Of a DNA stretch of 64,000 nt, positions 11,072-24,640 are shown in pieces. The position numbers and the translations under genes were made by a program. Source of the stretch: Squalus acanthias (lineage: Eukaryota); NCBI GenBank assembly GCA_030390025.1, contig CM059425.1, positions 165,108,001 to 165,172,000 on the forward strand, in the 5' to 3' direction. Positions within the stretch are counted from its first letter, which is position 1, and each line of letters starts with the position of its first letter. The notes beneath the pieces were generated by a model that was not told the DNA's origin, did not search any database, and saw only the letters and a list, made by a program, of their open reading frames with translations.

Positions 11072-13250
11072 ATTGCCAAGAATAATCTAATTGGATTAGA
11101 ACTAATAATATGTGGGTTTAATTTGTTGCTTTTGCATTTTTTAATGTCCTATTGTCTGCATTGTTGCACTGTGTTCTTTGCCATTTACTACACTTCCACT
11201 AGGTGGCTGCTGAGACTTCATTTTTTTCTGTATAGTTCAGCAGTATAAATCCGAATGATACGATTAATGGATTTAGAATATTTTGTCGAATTGCAATATA
11301 TTTTAACCATGGTTTTCTTAGGAAAAATGTTCTTTGGAGCATATTTATTATAATAAGGGCATTCTGAAGGGGGAGGGCGAACAGTCAGAGGTCGTGGTTC
11401 ACATTGGTACCAACGACATAGGTAGAAAGAGGGATGAGGTCCTGCAACAAGAATTTAGGGAGCTAGTTAGCATATTAAAAAGCAGGACCTCAAATTACTC
11501 CCGGTGCCACGTGCTAGTGAGTATAGGAATAGGAGGATAGAGCAGATGAATGCGTGGCTAAAGAGTTGGTGCAGGAGGGAGGGCTTTAGTTTCCTGGATC
11601 ACTGGGGAAGGTGGGACCTGTACAAGTTGGACGGGTTGCACCTGAACCGGAACGGGACCAACATCCTTGCGGGGAGGTTTGCTAGTTCTGTTGGGGGGGG
11701 GGTTTAAACTAACTTGGCAGGGGGATGGGATACGGAGTGGAGCTATAGTAGGGGGTGATGCACAGCCAAATATAGAGGAAAAAACAAGTCAGCCTGGAAG
11801 GCAGAGCAAATATATAACCACACAAGGGAGTATGGCAAGGCTGGATGGCATTTATTTTAATGCAAGGAGTCTTGCGAGTAAGGCAGATGAATTGAAGGTG
11901 TTGATGAACACATGGGAGTATGATATTGTTGCTATCACAGAGACATGGTTGAGGGAGGGGCAGGACTGGCAGCTCAAAATTCCGGGGTATAGAATCTTCA
12001 GGTGACACAGAGGTGGGTGTAAAAGAGGAGGGGGCGTTGCAATATTAATCAAGGAGTCAATTACTGCTGTAAGGAGGGATGATATCTTAGCAGGTTCCTC
12101 TAATGAGGCCATATAAGTAGAACTTAAAAACAAAAAGGGGGCAAGCACTTTGCTGGGAGTGTACTACAGGCCCCCAAACAGTCAGGGGGAGATAGAGGAA
12201 CAGATATGTAGGCAAATCTCAGAGAAGTGTAGAAATAATAGGGTAATAATAGTAGGGGATTTCAACTTCCCCAATATTAACTGGGATAGTCAGAGTGTGA
12301 AAGGCTTAGAGGGTGCGGAATTCTTAAAGTGCATCCAGGAGAGCTTTTTGAGGCAGCATGTAGAAAGTCCTACAAGAGAGGGGGCGGTACTGGAATGTAG
12401 CCGGGCAAGTGGTAGAAGTGTCAGTAGGAGAGCATTTTGGTGACAGTGACCATAATTCGGTGAGATTTAAGGTAGTCATGGAAAAGGACAAAGATGGACC
12501 GGAAATAAAGGTTCTAAATTGGGGGAAGGCCGATTTTAATATGATAAGGCAGGATCTGGCCAAAGTGGATTGGGATAAGCTACTTGTAGGAAAATCCACA
12601 TCAGAGCAATGGGAGTCTTTCAGAAAGGAAATAGAGAGAGTACAACGGCAACATGTTCCCGTAAAGGTCAAGGGTGGGACCAACAAGCCCAGGGAACCCT
12701 GGATGTCAAGGGATATACAAGAATGGATTAGGAAAAAAAGGGAGGCTTTTGGCAGATAAAAAGGACTAAAAACAGTAGAAGCCCTAGAGGAGTATAGAAA
12801 GTGCAGGGGGGTACTTAAAAAAGAAATTAGGAGAGCGAAGAGGGGACATGAAAAAACACTGGCGGACAAAATAAAGGAAAATCCCAAGGTGTTTTATAAG
12901 TATATTAAGGGCAAGAGGATAACCAGGGAAAGAGTAGGGCCCATTAGGGACCAAAGTGGCAATCTGTGTGTAGAGCCGGAAGATGTGGGTGAGGTTTTAA
13001 ATGAATATTTTGCATCTGTGTTCACTATGGAGAAGGACGATGTAGGCATAGAAATCAGGCAGGGGGATTGTGATATACTTGAACAAATTAGTATTGAGAG
13101 GGAGGAGGTACTAACGGTTTTAGTGGGCTTAAAAGTGGATAAATCCCCAGGCCCAGATGAGATGTATCCCAGGCTGCTGTGTGAGGCAAGGGAGGAGATT
13201 GCAGGGGCTCTGACACAAATTTTCAGAACCTCTCTGGCCACAGGGGAGGT

Positions 13251-13474
13251 CAAAATTGAGAGGTCGCACAACACCAGGTTATAGTCCAACAGTTTTATTT
13301 GAAATCACAAGCTTTCGGAGCTATCGATTGCTCCTTCCTCAGGTGAAGAGGAAGGAGCAATCGATAGCTCCGAAAGCTTGTGATTTCAAATAAAACTGTT
13401 GGACTATAACCTGGTGTTGTGTGACCTCTCAATTTTGTCCACCCCAGTCCAACACCGGCATCTCCGCATCATGA
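13251..13474. mobile_element. Short non-autonomous PLE-type insertion: 90-bp-arm palindrome plus 37-bp tail, 13-bp TSD
   Basis: Arms 13251-13340 and 13348-13437 are reverse complements with 1 mismatch. TSD CCACAGGGGAGGT at 13238-13250 and 13475-13487. Interrupts CR1 at ...LATGEV|PEDW. Confidence 0.9.
13305..13346 (-). ncRNA. Minimal type-I hammerhead ribozyme motif
   Basis: Minus strand reads tcac-CUGAGGA-a-ggagc(aatcgata)gctcc-GAAA-gc-U-U-gtga: CUGANGA and GAAA cores, 5-bp stem II, 4-bp stem I, palindromic vestigial stem III (AAGCUU). Confidence 0.75.
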
Positions 13475-15112
13475 CCACAGGGGAGGTGCCAGAGGACTGG
13501 AGAACAGCTAACGTAGTACCATTATTCAAGAAGGGTAGTAGGGATAAACCAGGGAATTACAGGCCAGTGAGTCTAACATCAGTGGTAGGAAAATTATTGG
13601 AAAAAATTCTGAGGGACAGAATTAGTCTCCACTTGGAGAGGCAAGGATTAATCAAGGACAGTCAGCATGGCTTTGTCAGGGGGAGATCATGTCTAACCAA
13701 TTTGATTGAATTTTTCGAGGGGGTGACTAGGTGTGTGGATGAGGGTAGTGCAGTTGATGTAGTCTACATGGACTTCAGTAAGGCTTTTGACAAAGTCCCG
13801 CATGGGAGACTGGTCAAGAAGGTAAGAGCCCATGGGATCCAGGGCAATTTGGCACATTGGATCCAAAATTGGCTTAGTGGCAGGAGGCGGAGGGTGATGG
13901 TCGAAGGTTGATTTTGTGACTGGTAGCCTGTGTCCAGTGGTGTACCGCAGGGATCGGTGCTGGGTCCTTTGCTGTTTGTAGTGTACATTAATGATTTAGA
14001 TATGAATGTAGGAGGTATGATCAGTAAGTTTGCAGATGACACGAAAATTGGTGGAGTGATAAATAGCGAGGAGGGAAGCCTCAGACTACAGGACGATATA
14101 GACGGGTTGGTCAGATGGGCAGAACAGTGGCAAATGGAATTTAACCCTGAAAAGTGTGAGGTGATGCATTTTGGGAGGACTAACAAGGCAAGGGAATACA
14201 CAATGAATGGTAGGATCCTAGGAAGGACAGAGGATCAGAGGGACCTTGGTGTGCATGTTCATAGATCCCTGAAGGCAGCAGGACAGGCAGATAAGGTGGT
14301 TAAAAAGGCATATGGGATACTTGCCTTCATTAGCCAAGGCATAGAATATAAGAGCAGGGAGGTTATGATGGAGCCACAGCTGGAATACTGTGTGCAGTTC
14401 TGGTCGCCACACTATAGGAAGGATGTGATTGCATTGGAGTGGGTGCAGAGGAGATTCACCAGGATGTTACCTGGGCTGGAGCGCTTCAGCTATGAAGAGA
14501 GACTGGACAGGCTGGGGAAGTTTTCCTTAGAGCAGAGAAGGCTGAGGGGGGACCTGATTGAGGTGTACAAAATTATGAGGGGCATAGATAGGGTAGATAG
14601 AAAGGAACTTTTCCCCTTAGTAGAGGGGTCAATAACTAGGGGGCATAGTTTCAAGGTAAGGGGCAGGAGGTTTAGAGGGGATTTAAGGAAAAACTTTTTC
14701 ACCCAGAGGGTGGTTGGAATCTGGAACTCACTGCCTGAAAGGGTGGTAGAGGCAGGAACCCTCACAACATTCAAGAAGCATTTAGATGAGCACTTGAAAT
14801 GCCATAGCATACAAGGCTACGGACCAAGTGCTGGAAAATGGGATTAGAATAGACAGGGCTTGATGGCCGGCGCGGACACGATGGGCCGAAGGGCCTCTTT
14901 CTGTGCTGTATAAATCTATGACTCTAATCTGCTTTATTTTCACTTATTTCTGTGTTCTAATTCTATTGAGTAGTACCCTTTTAATTTGCAATTTAACAAT
15001 GTCATCTTTTTCTATTAACCATTTATAACTCGTGTGACTTTTCCAACACACTTTTTCATGCACATATAAATGTTGGATTATTCTTGGTTTGTCAGATTAA
15101 TTACAAGGAGGG

Positions 15113-16390
15113 AACTCCCAAATCCATGCCCATCTTTCCCGGAACTCCATGTTTGAATCCCTCCAATCCGGTTTCCGCCTCTGCCACAGTACCGAAACGG
15201 CACTTATCAAAGTCACAAATGACATCCTTTGTGACTGTGACAAAGGTAAACTATCCCTCCGCATCCTTCTCGACCTGTCTGCAACCTTTGACACAGTTGA
15301 CCACTCCATCCTTCTCCAATGCCTCTCCACCGTCGTCCAGCTGGCCCCCTCCTATTTCTCATCTACATGCTGCACTTTGGCGACATCATCCGAAAACACA
15401 GCGTCAGTTTCCACATGTACGTTGACGACACCCAGCTCTACCTCACCACCACTTCTCTCAACCCCTCCACGGTCTCTAAATTGTCAGACAACTTGTCCGA
15501 CATACAGTACTGGATGAGCAGAAATTTCTTCCAATTAAATATTGGGAAGACTGAAGCCATTGTCTTCGGTCCCCGCCACAAACTCTGTTCCCTAGCCACT
15601 GACTCCATCCCTCTCCCTAGCATCTGTCTGAAGCTGAACCAGACTGTTCGCAACCTTGATGTCATATTTGACCCTGAAATGAGCTTCCGACCACATCCGC
15701 AGCATAACAAAGACCGCCTACTTCCACCTCCGTAACATCGCCCGTCTCCGCCCTTGCCTCAGCTCATCTGCTGCTGAAACCCTCATCCATGCCTTTGTTA
15801 CCTCCAGACTTGACTATTCCAATGCACTCCTGGCTGGCCTCCCACATTCTACCCTACGCAAACTTGAGGTCATCCAAAACTCGGCTGCCCGTGTCTTAAC
15901 TTGCACCAAGTCCCGTTCGCCCATCACCCCTGTGCTTGCTGACCTACATTGGCTCCCGGTTAAGCATTGCCTCGATTACAAAATTATCATCCTTGTTTTC
16001 AAATCCCTCCATGGCCTCGTCCCTCCCTATCTCTGTAATCTACTTCAGCCCCCCCCACCGCCTCCCCCCCCCCCCGCCCCCCGAGATATCTGCACTCTTC
16101 AAATTCTGATCCTCTTGAGCATCCCTGATTATAATCGCTCAACCATCTTCTGTTGCCTAGGCCTTAAGCTCTGGACATTCCTCTGTAAACCTCTCCACCT
16201 CTCTACCTCTCTTTCCTCCTTAAAGATGCTCCTTAAAACCTACCTCTTTGACCAAGCTTTTGGTCATCTACCCTAATTTCTTCTTTTGTGGCTCAGTGTC
16301 AAATTACTGTCTATAACACTCCTGTGAAGCGCCTTGGGACGTTGTACTCTGTTAAAGGCGCTATATAAATACAAGTTGTTTTTGTTGTTT
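15113..16390 (+). mobile_element. L2-clade LINE 3' part (internally deleted)
   Basis: [48 protein letters not shown]; tail GGCGCTATATAAATACAAGTTGTT(TTG)n. Confidence 0.93.
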
Positions 16391-16442
16391 TAATGGAAAG
16401 TTTTAAAAGCATTGCTCGTGCTTTTTCAATTAGGCATAGCAT

Positions 16443-19080
16443 TTTTTTATTCATTTCTGGGATGTGGGCGTCGCTGGCAAGGCCCATCCCTAATTGCCCT
16501 TGAGAAGGTGGTGGTGAGCCGCCTTCTTGAACCGCTGCAGTCCGTGTGGAGAAGGTACTCCCACAGTGCTGTTAGGTAGGGAATTCCAGGATTTTGACAC
16601 AGTGACGATGAAGGATCGGCGATATACTTCTAAGACAGGATGGTGTGTGACTTGGAGGGGAACTTGGAGGTGGTGGTGTTCCCATGCGCCTGCTGCCCTT
16701 GTCATTCTAAGTGGAAGAGGTCGCAGGTTTGGGAGGTGCTGCCGAAGAAGCCTTGGCGAGTTGCTGCAGTGCATCTTGTAGATGGTACACACTGCAGCCA
16801 CGATACGCCGGTGGTGGAGGGAGTGAATGTTTAAGTTGGTGGATGGGGTGCAAATCAAGCGGGCTGCTTTGTCCTGGATGGTGTCGAGCTTCTTGAGTGT
16901 TGTTGGAGCTGCACGCATCCAGGCAAGTGGAGAGTATTCCATCACACTCCTTACTTGTGCCTTGTAGATGGTGGAAAGGCTTTGGGGCGTCAGGAGGTGA
17001 GACACTCGCCGCAGAATACTTAACCTCTGACCTGCTCTTGTTGCCACAGTATTTATGTGGCTGGTCCAGTTAAGTTTCTGGTCAATGGTGACCCCCAGGA
17101 TATTGATGGTGGGGGATTCGGCGATGGTAATGCTGTTGAATGTCAAGGCGCAATGGTTAGACTCTCTCTTGTTGGAGATAGTTATTGCCTGATACTTGTG
17201 TGGCGCGAATGTTACTTGCCACTTATCAGCCCAAGCCTGAATGTCGTCCAGGTCTTGCTGCCTGCATGCATGGACTGCTTCATTATCTGAGGAGTTGTGA
17301 ATGGAATTGATCACTGTGCAATCATCAGTGAACATCCCTACTTCTGACCTTATGATGGAGGGAAGGTCATTTATGATGGTTGGGCCTCGGACACTGCCCT
17401 GAGGAACTCCTGCAGCGATGCCCTGGGGCTGAGATGATTGACCTCTAACAACCACAACCATCTTCCTTTGTGCTAGGTATGACTCCAGCCAGTGGAGAGC
17501 TTCCCCCAGTTCCCATTGACTTCAATTTTACTAGGGCTCCTTGATGCCACTCTCGGCCAAAGGGTGTGGATGTCAAGGGCAGTTACTTTTACCTCACCTC
17601 TGAAATTCAGCTCTTTTGTCCATGTTTGGACCAAGGCTGTAATGAGGTCTGGAGCCGAGTGGTCCTGGAGGATCCCAAACTAGGCATCGGTGAGCAGGTT
17701 ATTGGTGAGTAAGTGCCACTTGATAGCACTGTCGACGACACCTTCCATCACTTTGCTGATGATTGAGAGTAGACTGATGGGGCATTAATTGGCCTGATTG
17801 GATTTGTCCTGCTTTTTGTGGACAGGACATACCTGGGCAGTTTTCCACATTGTCGGGTATATGCCAGTGTTGTAGCTGTACTGGAACAGCTTGGCTAGAG
17901 GCGCTGCTAGTTCTGGAGCACAAGTCTTCAGCACGATAGCCGGGATGTTGTCGGGGCCCATAGCCTTTGCTGTATCCAGTGTGCTCAGCCGTTTCTTGAT
18001 ATCACGTGGAGTGAATCGAAATTGCTGAAGACTGGCTTCTGTGATGGTGGGGCCCTTAGGAGTAGGCCGATATGGATCATCCACTCGGCACTTCTGGCTG
18101 AAGATGGTTACAAATGCTTCAGCCTTGTCTTTTGCACTCACGTGCTGGGCTCTGCCATCATTGAGGATGGGGATATTCATGGAGCCCCCTTCTCTCGTTA
18201 GTTGTTGAATTGTCCCCCACAATTCATGACTGGATGTGGCAGGACTGCAGAGCTTTGATCTGATCTGTTGATTGTGGGATCGCTTAGCTCTGTCTATAGC
18301 ATGCTGTTTCCACAGTTTAGCATGCATGTAGTCCTGTGTTGCAGATTCCCCAGGTTGGCACCTCACTTTTAGATACGCCTGCTGCTGCTCTTGGCATGCT
18401 CTTCTGCCCTCCTCATTGAACCAGGGTTGGTCCCCTGGCTTGATGGTAATGGTAGACTGAGGGATATGCCGGGCCATGAGGTTACAGGTTGTGGTGGAAT
18501 ACAATTCTGCTGCTGCTGATGGCCCACTGCGTCTCATGGATGCCCAGTTTTGAGCTGCTAGATCTGATCTGAATCTATCCCATTTAACACGGTGGTAGTG
18601 CCACACAACACGATGGAGGGTGTCCTCAGTGTGAAGATGGGACTTTGTCTCCACAATGACTGTGCGGTGGTCATTGCTACCAATGCTGTCATGGACAGAT
18701 GCATCTGCGACAGGTAGATTGGTGAGGACGAGGTCAAGTAGGTTTTTCCCTCGTGTTGGTCCTTCAGGACTCGGCCAGCTCAGTCATCAGTGGTGCTACC
18801 GAGCCACTCTTGGTGATGGACATTGAAGTCCCCCACCCAGAGTACATTCTGTGCCCTTGCTATTCTCAGTGCTTCTTCCAAGTGGTGTTCAACATGGAGG
18901 CGTACTGATTCATCAGCTGAGGGATGGCAGTAGGTGGTAATGAGCAGGAGGTTTCCTTGCCCATGCTTGAGATGAAGCCATGAGACTTCATGGGGTCCGG
19001 AGTCAATGTTGAGGACTCCCAGGGCCACGCCCTCCCAACTGTATACCACTGTGCCGCCACCTCTGGTGGAACAGGACATA
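16443..19080 (-). mobile_element. Second CR1/Jockey-group LINE family ('family 2'), ORF2 APE+RT, decayed
   Basis: VGDFNVHH, KAMGPDNIP, GVPQGSV.GP, MFTDDCT, WNSLP; 3' end CAAGGGCAATTAGGGATGGG...AATAAAAAAA shared with copies at 28845 and 61279. Confidence 0.93.
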
Positions 19081-22000
19081 TAAATGCAAGTTTATTCTTT
19101 CTTTTTTATTACACCAAGCATTTTCCGTACAGATTTATTGTAGGTTGGGAGGGAGGATTTCCTCTGTGTTTTGTGCAACAAAATTATACACCCATTTATA
19201 AAGAGAGGTTTGTAATTTTGTTAGACATAGCTTGCACAGGAACACTTCCCTCTTGGCATATTGCTCTTTCAGACTGCGACAGTGTAGTTTTGTGGTGGTA
19301 GGGGGAGGTGCAGATCTGAATGATTGCTGTCATGTCTGTTGCAGTTCACCCGGTGATAGAATTCTGAGCCTGGTACTCTGAGTGCATTGTGGAATAAATT
19401 CCTGTTGCAATTGAAGGAATTTTCTGGTAATATTAAATTAAAGATATTAAGCAATTTATTCCACCATCATTTTCTTTTGTTTTAGTTTTTTGAATTGCAA
19501 AGTTGAGCCTTTGTTGTGATTGGTTGCATATTTGCTTGCTGTGGAGATATATCTGGTGACATTTTGTAGTGTAGCATCTGCTCAAAGTTTTTTTGCTGGG
19601 AAAGGAATATTGTTGAACAGTTTTGCAAAATACATGGGTGACAGCAATTTGAGTGAAAAGAGTTCTATTCTAAGTGTTGTAACATTGCTGTTATTGTTGT
19701 ATTTAAAAGATTAGGCCAATCTATTGTGCTAAATATTACAGTGCTTTAATCTATTAGAAACTTAATGATTAAATAGATTATATTTTTCTCCAAAATGAAA
19801 TTGCTTATTTTTAGTTGATATATTTCAGAGTAAATGGTACATTTTTCTGACTATTTTTAATCCTATCTTTACAATTTTATAACTTTAGTACTCATTAGTA
19901 TTTTTCCTCAGTCACAGCTGGACTTGAGTTCCCTAAAGGAAAGTCTAAATAAATAATGAATTCAGTTCCAGACATTTTAGAAACTACTGTTGAATTTGCA
20001 TGAAAAATTGATTGGTTTATTATGAAGCACCCCCTTCAGGGCTTTTCCACAAAAAAGGGTGAATGTTTTTATGTTGCTATTGGATGATATGTCCCTAGTA
20101 ATTAGCAAATGCATTATTTCACGCAGATCCTTTTTGTTAGTTGTTTGAATTAAACTGCATGTGTTAAAGAGAAAAATGGGTTTATCTATAATGTCTATTT
20201 GTAGAATGTGTTCCATAATTTAATGCTGCTCACTTGGAACTAATTTACTATGCATTGAAAATATACACATGCACACCGTTATTAGGGCGTGAGGTTTTTC
20301 AAGATCAGTGTTGCAGGCAGTGGGTAATAGGTTAATAGAAGGGGTCAGCCCTAGGTATGGGAAGGCTAGCAATGCAAAGATAATTGCCCGTGATATGCAT
20401 GTAGTCTGTTAGAATTTATTATGAAATTTTATTGCTTGGAATAATCATAGGTAGCACATCTGTAAATGTTTTTCTTTGAACAGATACTAAACCTAGGCTA
20501 AATATTTTTTAAATGTTAGAATATAAATTTAAAAACTCAAATTTAATTAAAGGACCTGCATCTAGCCTGCAAAATCACCCATTTTTTTCCCCAAGTTACT
20601 GATCAAGAACGAGCAACTGACTGTGGGCATGAAATTGTGCTCCTGATGCATTTTGCACAGCACAGCTGAGGGGACCTCTCTGCATTTTTCAAGATCCTGT
20701 CATTAGCATATTAGTGTTACATTCCCAGTGCACTTTGCATGATATTGGTGTTTGTGTTTCATTAGGGGGCACTGCTTTTATGGTGTAGTATATGCTTGAC
20801 TATTCAGTGATGGTGCCTGAGGGATATTGGGAATTCCACATAAATTGTGTTTCTGGCCAGGGGAGCCTGATCTAGGAATATCTCTGCCCCAATGTTTTTG
20901 GTGTTATCATCACAATATGTTAGGAATAAGTTAGAATGAGAAATATAAGACACAGCTCTCAGATTGTCTGAAATTGGCAGAAGAAAGTAGGTTTTTGAAC
21001 CTGAAGAATGCTGAAAGTTTGAATAGTAATTTCTGGACCGAGGAAAGACTTTTTGGAGCTTTTCTTTCATTAATATTATTTTGCATTCAGGGTACACAGC
21101 CTTGGATTTGCTTCTGACTGCCTGTGGGAGTGTGAAACCATTGAGAGACATTGAACTTCTCCATTAATACAACAAACCCCAATGTAAACAAAAGCTACCC
21201 TAATCTTTACTGATGCAATCCTTTCCCTGGGTGTCTAAACGTGCCTTTTTTTCATTTTTTCTAGTCTTCGCTGCTCTTGTTCTTAAAGAGGCTCATAGGA
21301 CTGAGGTGGACCATATCTCAGGGTAGCTTGATGCTGTGAGGGAGCTACTGCTGGCTGAATCTCTGGAGCTTCTAGGTGGGCAACTTGAGTTGCATCCTTT
21401 GTCATTGGTGTGGTGCTCTGAGGGGGAAAGTTGAATGTTAGGCACATGCTGCTGCCCTGATGGACGGCTGCCTCAGCCAGGTCTGTTCCAGCCATCGCCA
21501 TCCCACTGGGTCTTGGATCTGTATCCCCACTGATTATAAGAACATAAGAAATAGGAGCAGGAGTAGGTCATTTGGCCCCTCGAGCCTGCTCCGCCATTCA
21601 ATAAGATCATGGCTGATCTTCTACCTCATCTCCACTTTCCTGTACTATCCTCATATCCCTTGATTCCCTTAATATTCAAAAATCTATTGATCTCTGTCTT
21701 GAATATACTCAACGACTGAGCCTCCACAGCCCTCTGGGGTAGAGAATTCAAAAGATTCACAACCCTCTGAGTGAAGAAATTTCTCCTCATCTCAGTCCTA
21801 AATGGTCGACCCCTTATTCTGAGACTGTGACCCCTGGTTCTAGACTCCCCAGCCAGGGGAAACATCCTCCCTGCATCTACCCTGTCAAGCCCTGCAAGAA
21901 TTGTGTATGTTTCAATGAGATCACCTTTCATTCTTCTAAACTCTAGAGAATATAGGCCTAGTCAACTCAATCTGTCCTCATAGGACAATCCCCCCATCCA

Positions 22001-23883
22001 GGAACCAGTCTGATGAACCTTCGTTGCACTCCCTCTATGGTAAGCATATCCTTCCTTAGGTAAGGAGACCAAAACTGCACACAATACTCCAGGTGTGGTC
22101 TCACCAGGGCCCTATATAATTGCAGTAAGATGTCTTTACCTCTATCCTCAAATCCTCTTGTAATAAAGACCAAAATACCATTTGCTTTCCTAATTGCTTG
22201 CTGTACCTGCATGTTAACTTTCAGTGATTCGTTTACAAGGACACCCAGGTCTCTCTGAACACCAACATTTCCCAATCTCTCACCATTTATAAAATACTCT
22301 GATTTTCTATTTTTCCGACCAAAGTGGATAACTTCATATTTCTGCACATTATATTCCATTTGCCATGTTGTTGCCCACTCACTTAGCCTGTCTATATCCC
22401 CTTGAAGCCTCCTTGCATCCTTCTCACAACTTACATTCCCACCCAGCTTTGTATCATCAGTAAACTTGGATATATTACATTTGGTCCCCTCATCCAAAAC
22501 ATTGATATAGATTGTGAATAGCTGAGGCCCAAGCACTGATCCTTGCGGTACCCCACTATTTACAGCCTGCCAACCCGAAAATTACCCGTTTATTCCTACT
22601 CTCTGTTTTCGGTCCGTTAACCAATCCTCAATCCATGCTAGTATTTTACCCCCAATCCCATGAGCCCTAATTTTGTTTAATAACCTCTTGTGTGGCATCC
22701 TTTTTGCATGCCTTCTGAAAATCCAAATACACCACATCCATTGGTTTCCCCCTTATCTATTCTGCTAGTTACAACCTCAAAAAACTCTAACCGATTTGTC
22801 AAACATGATTTCCCTTTCATAAATCCGTGTTGACTCTGCCCAATCCTATTAATATTTTCTAAGTGCCCTGTTACCACGTCCTTAATAATAAATTCTAGCA
22901 TTTTCCCTACTACTGATGTCAGGCTAACTGGTCTAAAGTTCCCCATTTTCTTTCTCCCTCCTTTCTTAAACAGTGGGGTTACATTTGTTGCTTTCCAATC
23001 CATGGGAACCGTTCTAGAATCTATGCAATTTTGGAAAATGACAACCAGTACATCCACTATCTCTATAGCCACCTCTTTCAAAACCCTAGGATGTAGGCCA
23101 TTAGGTCCAGGGAATTTATAGGCTTTCAGTCCCATTAATTTCTCCAGTACTATTTTGTTACCAATACTAATTTCTTTCAGTTCCTCATTCTCGCTAGACC
23201 CTTGGTTCTCCACTATTTCTGGGAAGTTTTTTGCATCTTCTTCCGTGAAGACAGACACAAAGGGCTGGATTTTGTCAATGGGAAGCTTTTGGAGGTGGGA
23301 CTGCTGCTTGCCGGCTTTCAATCCTGTCTCCATCAGCTTCTGTCCAACCAGCGGGATTTTCCCCTGATTGACATTGTTAAGCCCGCCCAGCAGGCTCAGC
23401 AGGCCAATTAGGGGGAAGTCAGTGACAGAGCACGTCAACGTCTGATGTGCCATCTGTCAAGATTTCTTGAAAGAAGAAATGTCAGCATTTGACAGCTCTG
23501 TGAAGCTGTCAAACACTGACATTCTGTGTAGTTTGATGAGCCCTTCTGTTCAGAACTCATCAAATCTTTCAACTTTGCAGAAATCACCTGGCTGTTGGTT
23601 CGGAGGATCCAACAGCCAGTCTGTGAAATCTACAATGAAGATGTCGGGACTCCGGATCCACAGCGGCTGAAGGCTGTAGGCAGAAACAAAGGTAAGTGAA
23701 CATTTTATGACACTTAACATGCACCTTACATAATTACCACTCCACACTTGCACCCATCACTCACCTCTACATCTCACTTTCAGACCCCTCCGACCCCCTC
23801 CGACCTCCTTCTCATCTCCTACACTCTGGCGGGGTTCTCCGAGGTCGGGAAGCCTGCACTTCAAAGCTAAAAATAGGATAATC

Positions 23884-24640
23884 CTGAAGTGTGAATTGCG
23901 CTGGCAGAATGAAGGACAGCTGCCAGCTTCTGGGAGGGAAGAAAAAAAGACCAAACAAAAGTGTGGATAAAAAAATATATATATATATATGTATGTGATG
24001 GGGGCCGAGGTTATGATCTGAAATTGTTGAACTCTATGTTGAGTCCAGAGGGCTGTAGAGTGCCTAATCGAAAGATGAGGTGCTGTTCCTCGAGCTTACG
24101 CTGAGCTTCCGTGGAACAATGCAAGAGGCCGAGGACAGTGAGGTCAGAGTGGGAGTGGAGCGGAGAATTAAAGTGACAGGCCACCGGGAGCTCGGGGTCC
24201 ACCTTACGGACTGAACGGAGGTGTTCCGCAAAGCGGTCACCCAATCTGCGTTTGGTCTCCCCAATGTAGAGGAGACCACATAGTGAGCAGCAAATACAGT
24301 ATACTAGATTGCAGGAAGTACAAGTAAATCGCACTTCATCTAGAGCCATCCTTTGTTCCTCAATCTGTCCCATTTCCACCTCCTCTTGCCTTGAATATCT
24401 CTTAATGTCTCTCAATGTCTCTTAATCTCTCCTGCTTTCTATCCTATCACTGACCTTCCCTTTTGTTCTTTCATCCCCTCCCCCTTTTCCCAGCCCTAAA
24501 CTTGCTTTAAAATCTATTTCATTTCCTGCTTTTTTCCAATTCTGACGAAAGGTCTTCGACCTGAAACGTTAATTTTGTTTCTCTCTCCACGGATACTGCC
24601 TGGCCTGCTGAGTTTTTCCAGCGTTTTCTGTTGTTATTTT
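23884..24640. mobile_element. Penelope-like retroelement 3' fragment: GIY-YIG endonuclease on -, tail on +
   Basis: 24011-24335 minus encodes NLVYCICCSLCGLLYIGETKRRLGDRFAEH...HF...EQHLIFRLGTLQPSGLN (PLE GIY-YIG with the CxxC insert). Tail with hammerhead on +. Confidence 0.92.
24538..24574 (+). ncRNA. Minimal type-I hammerhead ribozyme motif in PLE tail
   Basis: aatt-CUGACGA-a-aggtc(ttc)gacct-GAAA-cg-U-U-aatt: both cores, 5-bp stem II, 4-bp stem I, palindromic AACGUU stem III. Confidence 0.72.

Larger units (their letters stand above)
11357..14925 (+). mobile_element. Near-complete CR1 LINE: ORF1 SGNH-esterase end plus ORF2 (APE endonuclease + RT), with stops and frameshifts
   Basis: VVVHIGTNDIG and DGLHLN (ORF1 esterase); YFNARSL, AITETWL, GVYYRPPN, VGDFNFP, SDHN (APE); KSPGPD, QHGF, DFSKAFDKV, KFADDTK (RT); CTATGACTCT tail. 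Confidence 0.97.

Noticed and set aside
13930..14847. Long RT ORFs (also 16490-17461, 25578-26465) as active or domesticated genes
   Set aside because: Each is a piece of a LINE ORF2 with neighbouring stops, frameshifts or deletions.
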